The notes under the pieces: model-generated
Told to the model about the DNA's origin: nothing
The model's database searches: none
The model's input: the letters and a program-made list of their open reading frames with translations, nothing else
Translations under genes and position numbers: made by a program
DNA from: Crocosphaera subtropica ATCC 51142
Lineage (GTDB): Bacteria; Cyanobacteriota; Cyanobacteriia; Cyanobacteriales; Microcystaceae
Reading direction: 5' to 3'
Assembly: GCF_000017845.1 (NCBI RefSeq)
Contig: NC_010546.1
Location: forward strand, 4,050,001-4,082,000
Length of the DNA: 32,000 nucleotides
In this document: positions 26,227 through 32,000 of the stretch, piece after piece
How positions within the stretch are numbered: position 1 is the stretch's first letter
Layout of the letters: each line of letters starts with the position of its first letter

Positions 26227-26433
26227 TCATGATCTTCCTCCTTTCACTTCAATTCCTAATGCTCTGTAATTTCTTCCTGCTCTAACTGACCAATATTTAC
26301 CTACTTTCTTTAGATGTAGTGAAGGATGAGAAGGATCAATTTTCAGCAAATTGTAACACTGATCAGCAGTTTTTTGAACTTCTTTAGGTAAAGCGGAATA
26401 ACATTGCCAAAAGCGACGGGTTGTATAGTGCAT
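26227..26433 (-). CDS. RelE/ParE-superfamily-like type II toxin, apparently truncated by an in-frame TGA (the reading frame continues to 26179)
   Basis: MHYTTRRFWQCYSALPKEVQKTADQCYNLLKIDPSHPSLHLKKVGKYWSVRAGRNYRALGIEVKGGRS-TGA-FWIGSHAEYNKLIGT-TAA. Its start overlaps the stop of the upstream small acidic gene (26433). Confidence 0.55.
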   Translation of the reverse strand: MHYTTRRFWQCYSALPKEVQKTADQCYNLLKIDPSHPSLHLKKVGKYWSVRAGRNYRALGIEVKGGRS

Positions 26434-26642
26434 TAAATTTCTTTACACTCTCCTGCTTCATATTCTGCAATCGCTTCTGCTGCTAAATCATCTAGTTTTC
26501 CTTGTTTAATATCTTCTTCTAATTGTTGATCCCAGTTTTGATAATCAAGATCAGATAACCATTCAAGTAACTGTTGAACTTCATGGGATGGTAATTGTAA
26601 AATAGCTGATTCAATTTGATCTAGTGTTAGCATAATATGCAA
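26433..26642 (-). CDS. Putative antitoxin (small acidic protein) of the 26227-26433 toxin
   Basis: 69 aa, acidic, helical. 1-nt overlap with the toxin start. Typical type II TA gene order and size. Confidence 0.55.
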   Translation of the reverse strand: MHIMLTLDQIESAILQLPSHEVQQLLEWLSDLDYQNWDQQLEEDIKQGKLDDLAAEAIAEYEAGECKEI

Positions 26643-26714
26643 TTAGAAGTGTCTCCTTTACTAAAAGAGATTATAACTTAGAAGTCCTAAGTTTTGATCA
26701 ATGTTTGTAACTTT

Positions 26715-27113
26715 TTAGATAAAGAGTGCAGGAGAAACATGAAATATCTCAGCTAAAGTTTTAGCTTGAGACTTGCTGATAGAGCGTTTTCCATTAACCA
26801 CTTCTGAAACAACGCCTTTAGACCCTATTTTACCCACTAAATCAACTTGTTTCATGTTATGTTCCTCCATCAAATATTGTAAGATTTCATGGGGAGAAGC
26901 AGGTTTTGGTTGCTCTTGCTTTTCATCATATTCTTTAATTAAAGCAGAAATTAACTTAAGAATAGCTGTTTCTTCTTCACTTCTGTTTGTTTCCATCATT
27001 AATTCAATTAAAATATCACCATACTCTTGATATTCTGCTTCAGTTTCAATGACTTTGGGTTGAAATTTAATCAAAAGTTGGTTATAGGTATCTGGGTTGA
27101 TTGTTAGAGCCAT
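26715..27113 (-). CDS. HigA-like HTH (Xre-type) antitoxin/transcriptional regulator, orphan (no cognate HigB-like gene upstream)
   Basis: C-terminal HTH MKQVDLVGKIGSKGVVSEVVNGKRSISKSQAKTLAEIFHVSPALF with a helical N-terminal domain, as in COG5499-type antitoxins. Confidence 0.7.
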   Translation of the reverse strand: MALTINPDTYNQLLIKFQPKVIETEAEYQEYGDILIELMMETNRSEEETAILKLISALIKEYDEKQEQPKPASPHEILQYLMEEHNMKQVDLVGKIGSKGVVSEVVNGKRSISKSQAKTLAEIFHVSPALFI

Positions 27114-27148
27114 AGTTGTGAATTAACCTCATTCAATTTAGCTAGGAT

Positions 27149-27172
27149 AATGGGGGGAAACAGTCCCCCATT
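27149..27172. terminator. Hairpin AATGGGGG / CCCCCATT downstream of the PEP-CTERM gene
   Basis: 8-bp stem with an 8-nt loop. No clear U-run on the minus strand, so it is weak as a terminator. Confidence 0.3.
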
Positions 27173-27244
27173 GGTTAAATTATTGAGTCGTTGGAGATAA
27201 TTTAGAATTGGTGTTTATCATAACCAGCATGGGTAAGAAAATAA

Positions 27245-28030
27245 TCAAGAAAGTGTTTTTGCTCTTAATACAGTTCCTAATCCTAATAATCCTAACCCTA
27301 ACAAAGTTGAAGGTTCAGGAACGCTAGGACTAGAAGCAGTTTCTAATATTAATCTTTGAATACCAGAACTTGTGCTAAAAGCAAATAAATATTCAGCACT
27401 TAAATTGTTTGGACGATCTAAACTCAGAATAGACATTCCAATTGAGAAAAAACCACCTGCATTATTATTGATTGCAGAAATTCCATTAGCATTAAGTTGA
27501 AATTCAAGAATCTCTGTTGAGGGTCCGCTAGTAGTTACACTAAATGTTCCATAACTCGTACCTGTTCCTAAATCATCATATATCGAAGCGTTTGCCCCTG
27601 ACGGTGTATTAAGGGTTAAAGCATTGGTAGAAACCTCAAATAACCCTAAAGTTTCTATCGGATCTCCACTACTTGTATAACGTTGAAGTTGTAGTTTTGC
27701 TGAGGTAATTGTATCAGCTAGAGAGGAGAGATCGAACGTTACAAAACTTCTGACAAGACCACCAGTGGGCAAATTTGTTCCAGTATTAAAAGCTTCTCCT
27801 AAGGCATAGGAACCACCATTTGGACTACCACCAGAAGGAGGAAAAGGAACACCACCAAAATTATTATCGAAACTTGGACTCCAATAGCCTTGACTATCTT
27901 CTGGAGAATTAAACTGAAAATCTGAGGTATTAAAGACAAAGGTGGTTGCTTGTGCAATATTGGAAGTGAGTATATTAATAAGTATTACCCCCCCCCCGAC
28001 AGAATAATTGATAAGTTTATCTAATGACAT
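27245..28030 (-). CDS. PEP-CTERM sorting-domain secreted protein
   Basis: C-terminus VPEPSTLLGLGLLGLGTVLRAKTLS (PEP motif + TM + basic tail). Gly/Ser/Thr/Asn-rich body. Start preferred at 28030 (MSLDKLINYSVGGGVILINILTSNIAQA); the ORF is open up to 28084. Confidence 0.8.
   Translation of the reverse strand: MSLDKLINYSVGGGVILINILTSNIAQATTFVFNTSDFQFNSPEDSQGYWSPSFDNNFGGVPFPPSGGSPNGGSYALGEAFNTGTNLPTGGLVRSFVTFDLSSLADTITSAKLQLQRYTSSGDPIETLGLFEVSTNALTLNTPSGANASIYDDLGTGTSYGTFSVTTSGPSTEILEFQLNANGISAINNNAGGFFSIGMSILSLDRPNNLSAEYLFAFSTSSGIQRLILETASSPSVPEPSTLLGLGLLGLGTVLRAKTLS
27988..27997 (-). repeat. Homopolymeric G10 tract (C10 on the plus strand) inside the signal-peptide coding region of the PEP-CTERM gene
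   Basis: agtattaCCCCCCCCCCgac, encoding V-G-G-G-V on the minus strand. Confidence 0.9.
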
Positions 28031-28186
28031 GAAGCATTTCCTCCAAACTTTGTGTGAATATCGATAGTATAGGATATTTTTCAACTTTCTATACTACAAA
28101 ATTAATCTAGTTTTTATAGTTAGGATTTGCTGAAAAAAATCTAAAGTTGTATAACTAAGTTATACAAGATATACATAACTTTATAA

Positions 28187-28336
28187 ATCTCAAAGGATAA
28201 TATGTTCTTAGCAGCTTCTTATGAAGCTAAAGCCGACTATTTAGTATCTCTATACAATCATTTACTGTATTTAAAATATTATCATGGTAGACAAATTTTA
28301 ACCCCAAGTTTATTTTTAAAAGCTTTAGAAATATAA
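28187..28336 (+). pseudogene. 3' remnant of a PIN-domain (VapC-like) toxin gene
   Basis: Open frame ISKDNMFLAASYEAKADYLVSLYNHLLYLKYYHGRQILTPSLFLKALEI resembles the C-terminal D(D/N)KFL...ADYLVSGDxHLL...ILTPxxFL block of PIN toxins. The GD is replaced by LY and a stop lies immediately upstream. Confidence 0.4.
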
Positions 28337-28358
28337 AAGTAAATCAAGAATAAAATAG

Positions 28359-28375
28359 GGTGGGCATTGCCCACC
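28359..28375. repeat. Palindromic hairpin GGTGGGCATTGCCCACC, copy 2; probably also the thrS terminator
   Basis: Identical 17-mer to 26056-26072. Lies 8 nt past the thrS stop and is followed on the minus strand by TATTTTATT. Confidence 0.7.
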
Positions 28376-28383
28376 ACAAACCG

Positions 28384-30210
28384 TTAGAAATTGCTATGAT
28401 TCGTGATAGCATCGTTTAACTTTTCTATCACTTCATCAACGGCCATTGTTCCTAACTCTCCTGATGCACGAGTGCGAATACTTAAGGCATTAGCTTCTAC
28501 TTCTTTTGCCCCAACAATAGCCATAACAGGAATCTTTTGTTTTTCCCCGTTACGAATCATTTTACCGAGTCTTTCTCCTGATGTATCCGCTTCTGCACGA
28601 ATACCTAAAGAAAGCATTTTATTAGCGACATCTTTAACATAGTCTAACTGGACATCACTAACCGGTAAAAGACGTACTTGAGTGGGTGCTAACCACAAAG
28701 GAAAATCACCGGCATACTCTTCGATTAAAATGCCAATTAACCGCTCTAATGAGCCAAAAGGTGCGCGGTGAATCATCACGGGACGGTGGCGGTTTCCCTC
28801 TTCTCCCACATATTCTAACTCAAATCTTTCGGGGAGGTTATAGTCAACTTGAACGGTTCCGAGTTGCCACTCTCTTTCTAAAGCATCTTGGAAAATAAAG
28901 TCTAATTTTGGACCATAAAAGGCCGCTTCTCCTTCTGCTTCAAAATAGTCCATTTCTAAGGTTTGAACCGCACGACGGATGGCATTTTCTGCCTTATTCC
29001 AAGCTTCATTTGAACCAATATATTTATCAGAGTTGGGATCTCGAAAACTCAATCTTGCTTTAAAATTCTTCAGTTGTAAACTTCTAAATACCGAGAGAAT
29101 TAAATCTACAACATTGAGAAATTCATCATCTAATTGATCTGGGGTAACAAACAAATGGGAATCATCCACTGTAAACCCACGAACACGGGTTAAACCTCCT
29201 AATTCTCCTGATTGTTCGTAACGGTAAACCGTTCCAAATTCTGCTAATCTCATGGGTAAATCACGATAAGATCGTAACTCACTCTTATAAATTTGGATGT
29301 GAAACGGACAGTTCATCGGTTTAAGAACAAACCCCATTTCTGAGGTTTTTGCTTCCTCAGTTTCGGCCATCATGGGAAACATATCTTCCTTATAATTTTG
29401 CCAGTGACCGGAAATTTTAAACAAGTCCACCCGACCAATATGAGGAGTCACCACAGGAAGATAACCCCGTTTCAGTTGTTCCTGTTTCAAAAAGTCTTCT
29501 AAGGTTGACCGAATAATGGTTCCTTTGGGGGTCCACAGAGGCAAACCAGGGCCCACAGGGTCTGAAAAGATAAATAACCCCAACTCCTTTCCTAACCGAC
29601 GGTGATCGCGCTTTAACGCCTCTTCCTTGCGTCGTTTATACTCCGCCAACTGTTCGGGCGTTTCCCACGCAGTCCCATAGATGCGTTGTAGCTGCGCTTT
29701 TGTCTCATCTCCTCGCCAGTATGCACCGGCCACGGATTCGATGTCAAACGCTTTCGGGTTCAAGTCTCCTGTAGTTTCCACGTGGGGACCGGCGCAAAGA
29801 TCCCACCATTGATCCCCTAAATGATAGAGAGTGATGGGGGGTTCTAAACCTTCCAGGATTTCTAGTTTATAGGGTTCTTGAAGCTCAGTAATGCGTTTTT
29901 TGGCTTCTTCGGCAGAAACCTCTTCACGAATGAGGGGAAGCTTTTTTTTGATGATTTTGATCATCTCTTTTTTGATCGCTTTTAGGTCTTTGTCCGTGAA
30001 GGGTTCGGGAACATCAAAGTCGTAGTAAAAGCCGGTTTCTGTCCAAGGGCCGATGGTAACTTGCGCTTTCGGGAACAATTTCTGCACAGCCATGGCCATC
30101 ACATGGGATGCTGTGTGACGGATACGTTTAAGTTTATCAGATTCGCTGGTGCGCGGTAGTTTGATGGGTTGTTGTTCTGATACTTCAGGTGATGCAGCTT
30201 GTTTAACCAT
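28384..30210 (-). CDS. thrS: Threonine--tRNA ligase (short cyanobacterial form without the N-terminal TGS domain)
   Basis: RHTASHVMAMAV (editing/SAD motif). Class II core FVLKPMNCPFH, RLAEFGTVYRYEQSGEL, GLTRVRGFTVDDSHLF, HRAPFGSLERLIGILIE. Anticodon-binding C-terminus. Confidence 0.95.
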   Translation of the reverse strand: MVKQAASPEVSEQQPIKLPRTSESDKLKRIRHTASHVMAMAVQKLFPKAQVTIGPWTETGFYYDFDVPEPFTDKDLKAIKKEMIKIIKKKLPLIREEVSAEEAKKRITELQEPYKLEILEGLEPPITLYHLGDQWWDLCAGPHVETTGDLNPKAFDIESVAGAYWRGDETKAQLQRIYGTAWETPEQLAEYKRRKEEALKRDHRRLGKELGLFIFSDPVGPGLPLWTPKGTIIRSTLEDFLKQEQLKRGYLPVVTPHIGRVDLFKISGHWQNYKEDMFPMMAETEEAKTSEMGFVLKPMNCPFHIQIYKSELRSYRDLPMRLAEFGTVYRYEQSGELGGLTRVRGFTVDDSHLFVTPDQLDDEFLNVVDLILSVFRSLQLKNFKARLSFRDPNSDKYIGSNEAWNKAENAIRRAVQTLEMDYFEAEGEAAFYGPKLDFIFQDALEREWQLGTVQVDYNLPERFELEYVGEEGNRHRPVMIHRAPFGSLERLIGILIEEYAGDFPLWLAPTQVRLLPVSDVQLDYVKDVANKMLSLGIRAEADTSGERLGKMIRNGEKQKIPVMAIVGAKEVEANALSIRTRASGELGTMAVDEVIEKLNDAITNHSNF

Positions 30211-30521
30211 TCACATTCATACAATAACTCTTTATCTAGTTTATTGTGTCTGAGGAAATAGTTGATGGTTGATAGCGAATAGTTAATTATAAATTTCTAT
30301 ATTTAGATGGCACAAGTATCTTCTTCCCAAGGGTAAGGAATATTTGTTTTTAAGATAATAGGATCATCAGATATTGTTGTGTATAGTTTAATGTCTACTT
30401 CCATATCATAATCATCTATTTCGTGAAAATTAAATCTAGTAAATGTTGTCTTAATCCAGAAACTTTCGCTACAATCTACTATAGATTAGTATTATCTTAA
30501 TTAATAAGGGGTAATAAAAAG

Positions 30522-30944
30522 ATGGAACGGCCTAAGGGTGTGATTATTCTAGCTATTCTTAACTTATTGGCTGGAATACTAGGGATTATTTCTAGTTTAC
30601 TTTTTTTACTATTTGGCAGTATAGGCACGGTAGGGGGATTTTTAGCTGGACAAGCAGATTTTACGGGAACCAGTTTTGTGATGGTAATTACTGCCATAAT
30701 CGGTTTAGTTAATAGTATTCTATCCTTAGGGGTTAGCTATGGTCTATTTGCCATGAAAAATTGGGCTTGGGCAATGGCAGTTGTTATCCAGTTTATCTAT
30801 GCACTCACCTACGTTACCAGTCTTTTAAATGGCAAAAATATCTTAGGATCACTCATCAGTTTAGGAATAGCTGGTTTCATTCTGTATTATCTCTATCAAC
30901 CTAATGTGAAACAAGCTTTTCGTATATCCCCTGGTGTGGATTAA
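30522..30944 (+). CDS. Hypothetical 4-TM membrane protein
   Basis: 140 aa with four hydrophobic helices. No family recognised. Confidence 0.55.
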   Translation: MERPKGVIILAILNLLAGILGIISSLLFLLFGSIGTVGGFLAGQADFTGTSFVMVITAIIGLVNSILSLGVSYGLFAMKNWAWAMAVVIQFIYALTYVTSLLNGKNILGSLISLGIAGFILYYLYQPNVKQAFRISPGVD

Positions 30945-31183
30945 AAAAAATAACATCAGAATATTAGATAGATTTAACTCATGCTTTGAGTAAAAAAGGC
31001 GAAAAATAGTAGGAATTTGTAACTTTATTGATTCAAAATTATCCCTTAAAAACTAATAGGACAGTTGACAAACTGTCACTCAAAAAAAAGATAAACCCGA
31101 CAAAAAGGATCGGTAATCAACCCTTGGTTATAACTATCAATAGATGCCAAACTAATAATAGTTAAAACGTTGCGGAAACATTC

Positions 31184-31477
31184 ATGGATTCTATTCTTAA
31201 ATCCTTCTACAATTGGTATCGGGAAAAAATACAACATCCTAAATATCGTTGGCTTATTATTCTTGGAACCGTTGCTTATTTATTGCTTCCCTTTGACATT
31301 GCGCCGGATTTTATTCCTATTTTGGGTTGGATCGATGACGGGCTAATTGTATCTCTATTAGTGACCGAATTATCGACTTTGTTTTTAGAACATCGTCAAA
31401 AAGGGAGTAAATCATCTATTCCCCAAGAAGATAAGATTAACCAAGAGCAAACGATCGACGTTGAACCCATTTCCTAA
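31184..31477 (+). CDS. DUF1232 (YkvA-like) membrane protein
   Basis: LLPFDIAPDFIPILGWIDDGLIV is the DUF1232 signature. Confidence 0.75.
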   Translation: MDSILKSFYNWYREKIQHPKYRWLIILGTVAYLLLPFDIAPDFIPILGWIDDGLIVSLLVTELSTLFLEHRQKGSKSSIPQEDKINQEQTIDVEPIS

Positions 31478-31528
31478 ATCACCTCAATTAACCATAGATA
31501 AGGTAAGAATTTTAGCTGTCTAGGTTTC

Positions 31529-31563
31529 AAAGCTGGTTACTTCCTAATCAGCTTTATTTTTTT
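31529..31563 (+). terminator. Candidate rho-independent terminator
   Basis: AAAGCTG (31529-31535) pairs with CAGCTTT (31549-31555), followed by ATTTTTTT. The loop is rather large at 13 nt. Confidence 0.4.
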
Positions 31564-31775
31564 GTCTGAACAAATATAACATTTCTGTAAATCTTCTCCT
31601 TTCAGAATGATAACCCCTTGCCTACTGCCTCTGGCAAAAGGAGATCAATGACTGTTCCCTGTCGCCTATCAAAACAAAAGCTTAAAGTTATCTTGTTTTA
31701 TTGAACTAGAACTCACACATTAACTATAATTGGAGATTGGGAACACCGTAAGCCAAAACGAAGGATTGAATAACA

Positions 31776-32000
31776 GTGACTGATACCAATTTAGATTTTT
31801 TAGCCCAAACCGATCCCACCCTTGCTGCTATGATCCAAGGGGAATTACAACGGCAACGGGAACATTTAGAATTAATCGCTAGTGAAAATTTTACCTCTCC
31901 CGCCGTCTTAGCTGCACAAGGCTCGGTGTTGACCAATAAATATGCAGAAGGATTACCGAAAAAACGTTACTATGGCGGTTGTGAATGGGTCGATCAAGCC
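31776..32000 (+). CDS. glyA: Serine hydroxymethyltransferase, 5' part (continues beyond the right edge)
   Basis: GTG start directly after an in-frame TGA, with AAGGA about 10 nt upstream. Translation: [75 protein letters not shown]. Confidence 0.9.
   Translation, partial: MTDTNLDFLAQTDPTLAAMIQGELQRQREHLELIASENFTSPAVLAAQGSVLTNKYAEGLPKKRYYGGCEWVDQA

Noticed and set aside
28417-28436. Third exact copy of the 12-mer TTAACTTTTCTA from promoter element B
   Set aside because: It lies inside the thrS coding sequence (minus strand, encoding IEKLND). It lacks the TCGACT-N17-TATAA continuation, so I treat it as coincidental rather than a third promoter.
28384-30210. ThrS appears N-terminally short (no TGS domain)
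   Set aside because: Cyanobacterial ThrS proteins of about 600 aa that begin at the editing/SAD region are normal as far as I recall, so this is not an anomaly.
30300-30470. Minus-strand open frame (…FHEIDDYDMEVDIKLYTTISDDPIILKTNIPYPWEEDTCAI) upstream of thrS
   Set aside because: Only 32 codons follow the first ATG and the upstream part has no canonical start. I recognised no family. It could be a gene fragment but the evidence is too thin.
1-32000. Search for tRNA, rRNA, tmRNA, RNase P RNA, CRISPR arrays and transposase/integrase genes
   Set aside because: I found no T-loop-type GGTTCGAA motifs in intergenic regions, no regularly spaced repeats, and no ORFs with DDE or tyrosine-recombinase-like motifs. 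This negative result comes from reading by eye only.

Overview
Cyanobacterial chromosomal window. Evidence for the assignment: 18 copies of the HIP1 octamer GCGATCGC, a PEP-CTERM protein, and DUF4278, DUF4168 and ssl1498/Psb34-like small proteins. The low-GC sequence suggests a unicellular Cyanothece/Crocosphaera-like genome, but that is an unverified guess.

Layout:
(i) 1-10102 is an accessory conflict-type locus. On the minus strand is an HTH + NB-ARC + WD40 STAND NTPase that runs off the left edge. It is divergent from a plus-strand unit of a DUF4278 small protein, a 3-TM coiled-coil membrane protein and a signal-peptide-less GH19 + M15 murein hydrolase. After a terminator, a second unit starts from a paralogous promoter. 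It encodes an AAA-like NTPase + TM helix + 14 WD40 repeats (1174 aa) and an HTH + AAA-like NTPase.
(ii) 10.4-19.3 kb is mostly housekeeping: DUF4168, ftsY, a TspO-related membrane protein, a secreted EEP + endonuclease I fusion, accA, an SDR, folE and a Psb34-like protein.
(iii) 19.7-23.7 kb is a signalling operon: a CHASE hybrid histidine kinase followed by a pseudo-receiver + LOV + GGDEF protein.
(iv) 24.6-26.0 kb is a GH13 amylase-family gene.
(v) 26.0-28.4 kb is a small decaying accessory islet bounded by two identical 17-nt hairpins. It holds a toxin with an in-frame TGA plus its antitoxin, an orphan HigA-like gene with a duplicated 5' fragment, a PEP-CTERM gene carrying a G10 tract, and a PIN remnant.
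(vi) 28.4-32.0 kb holds thrS, two small membrane proteins and the start of glyA.

I recognised no rRNA, tRNA, CRISPR array, transposase or integrase. The most interesting candidate is the 1-10102 locus, where a lysis-type cassette and NLR-like NTPases share a duplicated promoter element. All domain calls come from motifs read by eye; no searches were run.
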